Shown here in pieces: positions 18,259 through 26,552 of a DNA stretch of 64,000 bases. Positions within the stretch are counted from its first letter, which is position 1, and every line of letters begins with the position of its first letter. This stretch comes from an uncultured Parasphingorhabdus sp. (GTDB lineage Bacteria; Pseudomonadota; Alphaproteobacteria; Sphingomonadales; Sphingomonadaceae): positions 10,860 through 74,859 of the forward strand of contig CATOTQ010000003.1 in NCBI GenBank assembly GCA_951813595.1. The letters run 5' to 3'. The notes beneath the pieces are model-generated. The model was not told the DNA's origin and did no database searches. It worked only from the letters and a program-made list of their open reading frames with translations. The position numbers and the translations under genes are program-made.

Positions 18259-19283
18259 ACTTTGGAGAATGCACTTTGACTTATGACGAAAGCTGGAATT
18301 GCCCCCACCAGCCTGGCGAAGACATTAGCTGGCAGGAAAGTGACTGCTACTGGTTTTTTGATAATGAAGCCAGGGTGGGCGGATATCACCGTATAGGCCA
18401 GACGCCCAATAAAGAAGGCGGTGCTGGTCAGATTATGTCCTTCTTCTTTAAGGAAGGCGGGCAATATTTCCGTCAGGTAACCGAAATTCCTGCTGACCAG
18501 TGCAGTCGTAGCGAAACCGGCCAGATTGTTGGACCGCATGCAGTGAAGAGCCTGGGCGATGACTGCATGCATTACAGTTTCTCCGACCCGGATTGTGAAG
18601 TTGACCTTCAATTTTGTGAACAATTTTACACGCCCCGCAATTGGATGAAGGAGGAGAGCGAAGATCTGGAGGCGATAGAAGAAGGCTTTAATTCCGATGG
18701 CCATCTGGAGGTGGCCGGGCGCGTGAAAGGCCGGGTACGTATTGGCGATCACGAATATGAAATCAACGCTCTGGCGCAACGTGACCGATCCTGGGGAAAT
18801 CGTGACTGGTCAACCGCGCGGCAGGGCAGGCAGATTACCGGCACTATCGGCCACAAATTGTCCTGGACCGCTGTTGTAGGCCAGCTGGAACAACGCAGCG
18901 TTGTTTTCAAGGTCGGGTTCGTGGCGCGTAATGGCGAGACAACCGATATCAAAGATATCAAGGTTCTGGCTTCGATTGACTATGATGGTCTTTCGGTTGG
19001 AGCAATGAAGGTTCGGCTGGAACTGGAAGATGGTAGCCATGAAGATTTGACAGGCAATTCCATGCAAGGCTTCTTGTCCTTTTGGCTGTCAGAAACCTCC
19101 TCTATGGTCTGTTCGCACAATTTGATTGAAGCGGAGCATAAAGACGGTGTTGGAATGTCAAATTTTGACTGCACAATCCGGCCCCGCAAAGGCGACTATA
19201 TCCCGACCGAGGCGGATGTTTCCCTAACCCGTATTGCGGAGGGGCTTAATGATGCTGCAGACTATTCGACGCTGCGATGGTAG
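18228..19283 (+). CDS. uncharacterised conserved protein, U-family paralog 3
   Basis: SWQESDCYWFFD, GHLEVAGRVKGRVRIG, AQRDRSWGNRDW. The true start is probably TTG 18276 (GGAGAA RBS) rather than 18228, which overlaps the kinase gene. Confidence 0.75.
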   Translation: MGACGCGYHLNFGECTLTYDESWNCPHQPGEDISWQESDCYWFFDNEARVGGYHRIGQTPNKEGGAGQIMSFFFKEGGQYFRQVTEIPADQCSRSETGQIVGPHAVKSLGDDCMHYSFSDPDCEVDLQFCEQFYTPRNWMKEESEDLEAIEEGFNSDGHLEVAGRVKGRVRIGDHEYEINALAQRDRSWGNRDWSTARQGRQITGTIGHKLSWTAVVGQLEQRSVVFKVGFVARNGETTDIKDIKVLASIDYDGLSVGAMKVRLELEDGSHEDLTGNSMQGFLSFWLSETSSMVCSHNLIEAEHKDGVGMSNFDCTIRPRKGDYIPTEADVSLTRIAEGLNDAADYSTLRW

Positions 19284-19328
19284 CGACGGGCATTGAGTAC
19301 AATGCGACTGGATTGAGAGATAAATCAC

Positions 19329-20543
19329 ATGCAAAACATCAATGAAATAGAAATTCCTGAACTGAATATTCTCAGTCGCGATTTTTCGGACGATATATTT
19401 ACCCACTATGAAGATGCGGTAAAAAAGCACTGGCTGGCGCGATCTCCGGTTGGTTACATGGTTCTGGGCTTTCAGGAAATGAAAGACATGCTGGCCATGG
19501 ATGACATTCTTGTGCCGGGAAACAAGGAAACAACCAAGTTGCTCGGCGCTGAAGGAACAAGTTTCGGCGAATTCAACGACAACTTCCTGCTTGCGCTGAG
19601 CGGCGAGGATCATGCCCGTTTACGCGGGCTGGCGGCGTCAACCTTCACGCCCAAAAGTGCCAACAACAGCCGTCCCATGATGCGCGAGACATTCGAGAGC
19701 CAACTCGATCAGTGGCTCCCAAAGGGCAAATTTGACTTTGCCGAATTTGTGGCCGCCTATCCCATCTCGGTAATGTGTAACCTTATCGGTGCAAAGTCTG
19801 AAGATGTGCCGCGATTTATCGATTTGCTGGAGACCATAAATACCAATTTCAACGACATGCTCGAAAATATGCCACGGATATGCGAGGCTATAGATTCCCT
19901 GATGGGATATTTTGGCGAGCTTATTTCAGCCAGACGCGAAATGGATGATCCAGATCGTGAAAAAGATTTGCTGGATCGATTGCTGGAAGCTCATGAAGGC
20001 GGTGACCGATTGTCGGACCAAGAACTCAACAACCTGCTCGGGGTAATCTACCTGGCGGGTTATGACACGTCCAAAAACCTGCTCACCCTGATTATGAACC
20101 TTCTGCTTGATAATCCGGACTTGTGGGCGAAATTGGAAAGTGATCCCGGTTATGCGAGTGATATTGTTGATGAGGCGCTGCGCTATTCGACCGTGGTTAC
20201 GGTGGTAAGGCTCGTCAAGGAGGAGTTCACCTATAAGGGCGTCACCTTCCCTGCCGGTACAAGGGTCCTGCTTCCAACAACCTTTGCCGGCCGGGATGAG
20301 GGGGTTTTCAAGGACCCGAAAATATTTGATCCAGAACGAGTTCCCGAAGAGAAGGTTTTTCCCTTTGGCCGGGGCAAGCATATTTGCATAGGCATGTTTA
20401 TCGCAAGGGCGCAAATTGAGGAAGCACTGCCGATTTTGGTAAAACGGATGAAAAATCCAAGACGTGATGGCGATATTGAGTGGCGCGATTTCATGCCGAT
20501 TACAGGTTTGAAACACCTACCAATCGCTTTCGACGCTGCTTAA
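19329..20543 (+). CDS. cytochrome P450 (family A, 404 aa)
   Basis: YLAGYDTSKN, DEALRY, FPFGRGKHICIGMFIA. Confidence 0.9.
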   Translation: MQNINEIEIPELNILSRDFSDDIFTHYEDAVKKHWLARSPVGYMVLGFQEMKDMLAMDDILVPGNKETTKLLGAEGTSFGEFNDNFLLALSGEDHARLRGLAASTFTPKSANNSRPMMRETFESQLDQWLPKGKFDFAEFVAAYPISVMCNLIGAKSEDVPRFIDLLETINTNFNDMLENMPRICEAIDSLMGYFGELISARREMDDPDREKDLLDRLLEAHEGGDRLSDQELNNLLGVIYLAGYDTSKNLLTLIMNLLLDNPDLWAKLESDPGYASDIVDEALRYSTVVTVVRLVKEEFTYKGVTFPAGTRVLLPTTFAGRDEGVFKDPKIFDPERVPEEKVFPFGRGKHICIGMFIARAQIEEALPILVKRMKNPRRDGDIEWRDFMPITGLKHLPIAFDAA

Positions 20544-20555
20544 TCACAAGGTTTC

Positions 20556-21338
20556 TTGCCGATGCCAAAACTCGAAGGGAAAGTTGCCATTATAACCGGT
20601 GCTAGCGCCGGCATAGGTTTGGGTGTCGCCAAGCGTTTTGCCAAGGAAGGTGCTGTCGTTGCCATGTGCGCGCGCACCCCGGAAACGTTGGAAAAAGCTG
20701 CAGATGAGGTGCGGGCCGTCGGCGGCAAGGTAATCCATAAGACTTGCGATGTGACTTCTTATGATGAGATCGATCCTTTTCTGGAGCTTGTGCTGCGCGA
20801 GGCGGGTACGATTGATATTTTGGTCAACAATGCTGCGTATATGCCAACCGAGCATAATATGCTCGAGGGGTTGGACGAGAGTGAATATCTGTCTGGCCTG
20901 GAAGGCGCAATCCACTCAACCTACCGTATGATGCAGCGCGTTTTTCCTGTCATGAAAGAGAAGGGGCGGGGTAAAATCATCAATTTCACCTCTCTGGGCG
21001 GCATAAGAGGTGTGCAGGGTACGGGCGGATACGCCGCAGGCAAAATGGCGATCATTGGTATTTCCCGCGTTGCCGCCAATGAGTGGGGGAAATACGGCAT
21101 CAACGTGAATTGCGTCGCGCCAATGTCGATGACGACTGGCTGGTCCGAGCTTATGAAAACACTTCCCGAAGGAAGCGATCCTTGGGAAGCCGTCGGCACC
21201 CGAGGGAATGCCCTGGGATATGTTGGCGATCCGGAAAAACATATTGCACCGCCCGTAGCTTTCTTGGCTAGCGACGATGCCGACTATATCACCGGCCATG
21301 TCATGCCGCTTGATGGCGGTTTGGTAGATTTGGAATAG
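20556..21338 (+). CDS. SDR oxidoreductase
   Basis: ITGASAGIGLG, NNAA, YAAGKMA. Confidence 0.9.
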   Translation: MPMPKLEGKVAIITGASAGIGLGVAKRFAKEGAVVAMCARTPETLEKAADEVRAVGGKVIHKTCDVTSYDEIDPFLELVLREAGTIDILVNNAAYMPTEHNMLEGLDESEYLSGLEGAIHSTYRMMQRVFPVMKEKGRGKIINFTSLGGIRGVQGTGGYAAGKMAIIGISRVAANEWGKYGINVNCVAPMSMTTGWSELMKTLPEGSDPWEAVGTRGNALGYVGDPEKHIAPPVAFLASDDADYITGHVMPLDGGLVDLE

Positions 21339-21393
21339 TCTATTTGAACAGGCTCTCGCACTATCAATGATATATGGAGTAGGTTGAAATAAA

Positions 21394-21765
21394 ATGACAC
21401 CACAAGAAACGGTAGAGTCCTTTATCCAAGCCTGGAACGACATGGATCTGGACACCGCTTATGCGATGATGGCGGAAGATATTGTCTGGCACAATATACC
21501 CATGGAACCTGCTATCGGAGTAGAGGGGGCCAAGAAGCTGATGGAAGGCTTTCCTCCGATTGTGAAAATCGATTGGAAAACCCACCATATCGCAGTTAAT
21601 GGCAATGTCGTGCAGACCGAGCGCACTGACAGCTTTACCTTTGAAAACGGCAAGACGGCCTCGATCCGCCTTATGGGAATATTTGAAGTTGATGCCGATG
21701 GGAAAATCGCAAAGTGGCGTGACTATTTTGATATGCTGGAATTTCAGCGTGAATTTGGCGGGTAA
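21394..21765 (+). CDS. NTF2-fold protein, limonene-1,2-epoxide hydrolase / SnoaL-like
   Basis: 123 aa. ETVESFIQAWNDMDLDTAYAMMAEDIVWHNIPMEP and C-terminal GKIAKWRDYFD resemble the LEH family. Confidence 0.6.
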   Translation: MTPQETVESFIQAWNDMDLDTAYAMMAEDIVWHNIPMEPAIGVEGAKKLMEGFPPIVKIDWKTHHIAVNGNVVQTERTDSFTFENGKTASIRLMGIFEVDADGKIAKWRDYFDMLEFQREFGG

Positions 21766-21770
21766 GACGA

Positions 21771-22709
21771 ATGAACGATCCCAAGAATAATTCCTTCAGA
21801 TATGATGACCGTGTGGTCGTTGTGACCGGCGCTGGCGGAGGCATTGGACGCGCCCATGCACTGGCCTTTGCCTGTCAGGGTGCCAAGGTTGTTGTCAATG
21901 ATCTGGGTGTCAGTATTGAGGGCGGCGAGCTGGATGACAATAGTCGTAGCGCGGACAGGATCGTTGCGGAAATCAAGAAGTCGGGCGGTGAGGCGATCGC
22001 GAACTATTCAGCGGTGGAGTCGGGGCATGAGATTGTCGAACAGGCAATGGACAGTTATGGCCGGATAGATGTGCTGATCAACAATGCCGGAATCGTTTTT
22101 CCCGCTCCTTTTTCTGACATGACCTTTGAACAATGGCGCAAAATGTTGGGCGTTCACCTCGACGGATCATTTAACTGTGCCAAGGCTGCATGGCCGCATA
22201 TGCAGGTCAATAGATACGGCCGGATTATCATGACCGCCTCGCCGGTTATGTATGGTGCGGAGTATCTGGCGCATTATAGTGCAGCCAAAGCAGCGATGCC
22301 GGGCCTTGCAAATTCCCTCGCTGCGGAAGGTGCCCCATTCAACATCAACAGCAACACCATAGTACCTACGGCAATGAGCAGGATGATTTCGCAAGGCTTG
22401 CCGACCACAGATTTGTCAAAGCTGTCCATTGACCCTGGCGACATCGCGCAACTGGCCATGTGGCTGTGCCATGAAGATTCAAATGAAAGCGGAGGGATAT
22501 ATGAAGTCGGCGGCGGATTTATTGCCAAAATGAGATATGCGCATAGCAAGGGTGTGAAGTTGAAAGCAGGCGCTTTTTCTGCGCAGGATATTGAAGACAA
22601 GAAGGACGATATCGATAATTTTGAAGCGCCATTTTATCCCGAAGATTCCGCCGAAATGACGAGGCGGACAGGGCTGGACCTTGAGAATCTTGCTGCTTTT
22701 GGAGAATAA
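21771..22709 (+). CDS. SDR, MFE-2 / 17beta-HSD4-type (3R)-hydroxyacyl-CoA dehydrogenase-like
   Basis: FRYDDRVVVVTGAGGGIGRAHALAFACQGAKVVVNDLG is the typical MFE-2 N-terminus. YSAAKAA. Confidence 0.75.
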   Translation: MNDPKNNSFRYDDRVVVVTGAGGGIGRAHALAFACQGAKVVVNDLGVSIEGGELDDNSRSADRIVAEIKKSGGEAIANYSAVESGHEIVEQAMDSYGRIDVLINNAGIVFPAPFSDMTFEQWRKMLGVHLDGSFNCAKAAWPHMQVNRYGRIIMTASPVMYGAEYLAHYSAAKAAMPGLANSLAAEGAPFNINSNTIVPTAMSRMISQGLPTTDLSKLSIDPGDIAQLAMWLCHEDSNESGGIYEVGGGFIAKMRYAHSKGVKLKAGAFSAQDIEDKKDDIDNFEAPFYPEDSAEMTRRTGLDLENLAAFGE

Positions 22710-22733
22710 TCTAAATGCAGGCGTGCTCGCTTC

Positions 22734-22943
22734 TTATTTTTGAATAATGTCTTCGTCTAGCGGATTGCCCATTACATGTACGGAGCCACTGTCTATCCGC
22801 AGGTCGGTCCCGGTGATGAAGCTTGCCCGATTGGATATCAGGAAATCTACCGCTGCCGCAACGTCATTGGGGCTGCCCCAACGGCCCAAGGGAATGCTGT
22901 CGACAAACGCGGGTGCGTTAGGGTTATTTTGCCAATCTCTCAC
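22734..22943 (-). pseudogene. SDR C-terminal stump (last ~60 codons only)
   Basis: [48 protein letters not shown] aligns with the C-terminus of intact SDRs in the window (e.g. ...[35 protein letters not shown]). There is no Rossmann or catalytic part. A stop lies 6 codons upstream in frame. It abuts and overlaps the stop of the Mo-enzyme gene. Confidence 0.75.
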
Positions 22944-25117
22944 GACGGCTGATCCGTATTAATATCTGGCACAGCTGAAATGGCGACTGGTAGGCCATTG
23001 AAAACCGACATTGCTGCGATTTGCTCCAATTCGCCTCGGCTTCCGCTGGTCAGGATGTTTGGGTTAGCGCCTCCGGCGGCATTGGCACGCTTCCAACCAC
23101 CGCTGTGTCCCCATCCATGGGGAATTGAAATTTGGCCGGGCCTGATGTCATCCGATATCTTGGCTTCTATTTGAATTTCACCACTTCTGGTCCTGACCTT
23201 GATGTTCTGCCCGTTTTTTATTTGATATTGCTCAGCATCCTTGGGGTTGATCATCGCTGAATTATCGCGTTTTCGGGACATTACTTTTTCCGCGTTATGG
23301 AGCCAGCTGTTGATTGATTTCAGGTCACGTCTTCCAAACAGCCGCAAGGGAAACTCAGGATCATCCTTCACCGCACTGAGGCTTGCAAGTTCGGAGGACA
23401 ATAGATCATGGCATATGTTGACCTTGCCATCCCCGGTTTTCATTCGATCGTGAATACTGGTGACGGGCACATGATCCATGAACTGGATACCGTTTTTCGC
23501 TTTTTCCAGTTTTTTCAGGTTTAGCCCTTTGGGCTTCAATCCGAACTTGTCGCCCTGTCCGCTCGTCCTCAGCATCAGATCAAAAATGCGGCGCGGTGTG
23601 AAGGTAAGGCCGATCCTGGCCAGCTTGCGCATCCATCCCGCCGAGTAGGCTCCGCCCTGGCCCATGCGTCGGCAAATCTCGTTCAATATCTCCCACTCAT
23701 TTCTGGTATCGCCCTGAGGTTCGATAACCGCTGGCGTGAACCATAAAACGGGTCGCAACATCGTACTCAGCGCTAGCATGGGTGCATCATCGCGCTCGTA
23801 GAAAGTCGTTGTGGGCAAAATATAGTCGGCATATTTATTTGTCTCGGAAATATAGCAATCCAGCGACAAATGGAGATCAAGCGACTCCAATGCTTCGTCA
23901 AAATCAGGCCCGGCCCCGGCGCTACTTGATGCCGGATTGGCGGCGATGCTCACCAAAGCCTTAACCTGCTCGTCGCCCGGCGTTAGGGCGTCAGGAACAA
24001 AAGATGCTGAGGGATGCATCCCATAGACATCTGGCGCACCATCAACGCGCGTCGGATTAACATTGAAGCGGGAGGCGTCGGTCCCCTCCATTTTTGCGGC
24101 AAGATCGATAGGTGCCCAGCCAAAGACATTACCCCCGACAGCTTCCAGATTACCTGTAATGGCCGGTAAAATATCGAGGAGCATGTTGGTCAGCGTGCCG
24201 AATTTCTGAGTGCAAGTGCCCGTGCGGCCATAGACACAGGCTCGCTCTGCCTTGGCAAAATCGCGCGCGAGCTGCTTGATCTTGTCGCTGTCAATTCCTG
24301 ACCGCTCGGCACATAATTCGGCATCAAATGGCTCGGTTTCGCGAACAAATTTATCGAACTGGCCTATATTGGCATCGACATAGGCCTGATCGTACAGTTT
24401 TTCGTCAATGATGGTGCGGATCATACCGAGTAGCAGCCAGGAATCCTGACCAGCGATAATCGGGCAATGCTCAAATTCCTTGGCGGTTTCGGTTTGCCGA
24501 GGATCGACGACGATAACGCGGCCGTCACGCTGCGTGATGCCTCGAAGCGCTTCCATTAGCTTTGGTTCTGCCATGCCGGAGCTGTTGGCGACCTTGGGAT
24601 TGGCCCCGACGACCAGCATGAAATCGGTCCGCCAGACATCGGGTTTCGCAAATAGCAATGTGCTTCCGTAGAGCAGATTGTTGGCAGCGACGCGGGCGGC
24701 ACCATCATCCGAATTAGGTCCGTAGCGCCATTTTATGCCCAGCGTGTCCTGAAAGCCTGCAACAAAGAAAGAAGCCGCATAGTTGAAGGCAGCGGGATTC
24801 CCGCAAAAGGTCGCCACGCTTTCCGGCCCGTGCTTGGTACGAATGTCGCCCAACCTGTCTACAATGTCGGTCAGGGCTTCATCCCAGCTGACCGGCTCAA
24901 ATTCCCCGGGGCCGCCAACGCGCTTCATGGGTTGCAGCAGCCGGTCTTCATCATATGTTACGTCAATTGCCGCCGATGCCTTGATACATAAATGTCCCTT
25001 CGACAGCGCATGATCGGGATTCCCTTTGACTTTCGTTAGCCGCCCATCTTCTACCGTCGCGATTAAACCGCATTGCGGCTCGCAAATTCGGCAATAGGTA
25101 TTGATGGTTTTGCCCAT
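22940..25117 (-). CDS. molybdopterin (bis-MGD) oxidoreductase, cytoplasmic, formate-dehydrogenase/DMSO-reductase superfamily, paralog 1
   Basis: N-terminal 4Fe-4S motif [11 protein letters not shown]...GHLCIK. About 725 aa with no twin-arginine leader. Start MGKTINTY at 25117 is preferred (the ORF track gives 25135). Confidence 0.8.
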   Translation of the reverse strand: MGKTINTYCRICEPQCGLIATVEDGRLTKVKGNPDHALSKGHLCIKASAAIDVTYDEDRLLQPMKRVGGPGEFEPVSWDEALTDIVDRLGDIRTKHGPESVATFCGNPAAFNYAASFFVAGFQDTLGIKWRYGPNSDDGAARVAANNLLYGSTLLFAKPDVWRTDFMLVVGANPKVANSSGMAEPKLMEALRGITQRDGRVIVVDPRQTETAKEFEHCPIIAGQDSWLLLGMIRTIIDEKLYDQAYVDANIGQFDKFVRETEPFDAELCAERSGIDSDKIKQLARDFAKAERACVYGRTGTCTQKFGTLTNMLLDILPAITGNLEAVGGNVFGWAPIDLAAKMEGTDASRFNVNPTRVDGAPDVYGMHPSASFVPDALTPGDEQVKALVSIAANPASSSAGAGPDFDEALESLDLHLSLDCYISETNKYADYILPTTTFYERDDAPMLALSTMLRPVLWFTPAVIEPQGDTRNEWEILNEICRRMGQGGAYSAGWMRKLARIGLTFTPRRIFDLMLRTSGQGDKFGLKPKGLNLKKLEKAKNGIQFMDHVPVTSIHDRMKTGDGKVNICHDLLSSELASLSAVKDDPEFPLRLFGRRDLKSINSWLHNAEKVMSRKRDNSAMINPKDAEQYQIKNGQNIKVRTRSGEIQIEAKISDDIRPGQISIPHGWGHSGGWKRANAAGGANPNILTSGSRGELEQIAAMSVFNGLPVAISAVPDINTDQPS

Positions 25118-25309
25118 TCTCTCTCCGGCGCGCATCGCGCTTGACGGGAAGGCGGTCTTGCCACTCAGATACCCGATCGCCCCAATTATCGACTGGTTGA
25201 TATATTATTGTCAAGCTGCTATCATAATTAGGAATTTGCGGAGGCTTCAAGAGGTCTGTAGCCTGCATTGTCGGGGGATTTTTGCAAGTCCGCAAGAGAG
25301 GAGAAAACG

Positions 25310-25909
25310 ATGGATCACGACGATATGGAGCCACGGGCAAAATATACCCGGATGATGGATGGCGACCAGGAAGACTGGGATATCATCGTCGATAGTTCTC
25401 GAAAATTTAACACGGGACTTGCAAAGCGCGTGCTCGATCATTTGCGGCTGCTGGACGGGGACTTTGGCGGATTTCCGGTTGATCGGCTTCAGCACTCATT
25501 GCAAACCGCAACGCGGGCGCATCGTGACGGGCGTGACGAAGAATATGTCGTCTGTGCATTGCTTCATGACATTGGCGATACGTTGGGAAGTACCAACCAT
25601 CCGGACGTCGCTGCAGCCATCCTCAAGCCATTCGTGTCCGAAAAAAACCATTGGATGGTCGCCAATCACGGTATTTTTCAAGGTTATTATTTCTTCCATT
25701 ATATTGGGCTCGACAGGAATATGCGCGACCAATTCAAGGGTAATCCCTACTATGAATATACATCGCAATTCTGCCATCTCTACGATCAAGTGGCTTTTGA
25801 CCCTGACTATGAATCGGAACCACTTGAATTTTTCGAGCCGATGGTCGAGCGCGTGTTTTCAACACCCAAAAACTCGATCTATCGTGATGCTCTCGAGGAC
25901 GCTGCCTGA
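25310..25909 (+). CDS. HD-domain protein, PhnZ/MIOX-like (possible diiron oxygenase)
   Basis: RLQHSLQTATRAHRDGRDEEYVVCALLHDIGD plus downstream His/Asp residues (NHPD, NHWMVANH, LYDQVAFD). ATG at 25310 with an AGGAG RBS. Confidence 0.6.
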   Translation: MDHDDMEPRAKYTRMMDGDQEDWDIIVDSSRKFNTGLAKRVLDHLRLLDGDFGGFPVDRLQHSLQTATRAHRDGRDEEYVVCALLHDIGDTLGSTNHPDVAAAILKPFVSEKNHWMVANHGIFQGYYFFHYIGLDRNMRDQFKGNPYYEYTSQFCHLYDQVAFDPDYESEPLEFFEPMVERVFSTPKNSIYRDALEDAA

Positions 25910-26032
25910 ACAGCTTGTCACTGACGGTCAATCACTGGATGCATCAATAGGCAGTTGATGGCGCGGGCGCTGATAACAATCACGGACGTCCAACCTTAGC
26001 CCAGGAGGCAAACGAACGCCTGTCAACTTAAG

Positions 26033-26491
26033 CTATTTCCGAATTCCAGTTGCTGAAATCGCCATGCAGACCTTCCGCAAAAAGTCGCATAGAAATTTGA
26101 TGACTTTATCCGTGATTCCAGTCTTGGGAGCCGTCGCCTCAAAACCGTGGAAGCCTCCTTTAAACAAGGCAAATTTGACTGGAACTTCTGCCACTTTCAT
26201 TTGGCGCATTTTATTCGATAGCTTTATCCCGAAAGGGATCCAAATCACCCACAAAGGTCAGAGTTGGTGGCAGGCCGTTGTAATCAGTCGCTCGCGAAGG
26301 CGCTGCATCGTGCGGAATTTCTGCATCATTTCTATACAAATCGGACAGATATCAATCCCAAGCCAAGCGATTGGATTTAGAGTTCCAGATGGGTGCCGAA
26401 TTGTTAATGGATAGAACAATAGAGAGGGCCTGAAAAACATCTTTCCCAGGAAACCGGCCAGTCGACGTTCTTTGTCTATCTCTGCCATCAA
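26033..26491 (-). pseudogene. carboxylesterase pseudogene (core deleted, frameshifts, in-frame stops)
   Basis: The pieces match the esterase at 40068..40901. MMAEIDKERRLAGFLGKM matches its N-terminus. SAPIWNSKSNRLAWD*YLSDLYRNDAEIPHDAAPSRATDYNGLPPTLTFVGDLDPF matches AFWNSRSNRLAWDLYLADLYKEGCAIPHDAAPSRATDYSGLPPTLTFVGGLEPF. VPVKFALFKGGFHGFE matches VPVKFAYYPGAFHGFE. The HGGG and GxSxG regions are missing. Confidence 0.85.
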
Positions 26492-26552
26492 CGCACCTTT
26501 TTAGATCGTACTGCCAACGATGGTTTGACCCTGACGAAGCGTTGGCCAGGCT

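Noticed and set aside
25359-25958. 199-aa alternative-frame ORF overlapping the HD-domain gene
   Set aside because: The product is low-complexity (Ser/Thr/Ile-rich), whereas the other frame carries the clear HD motif.
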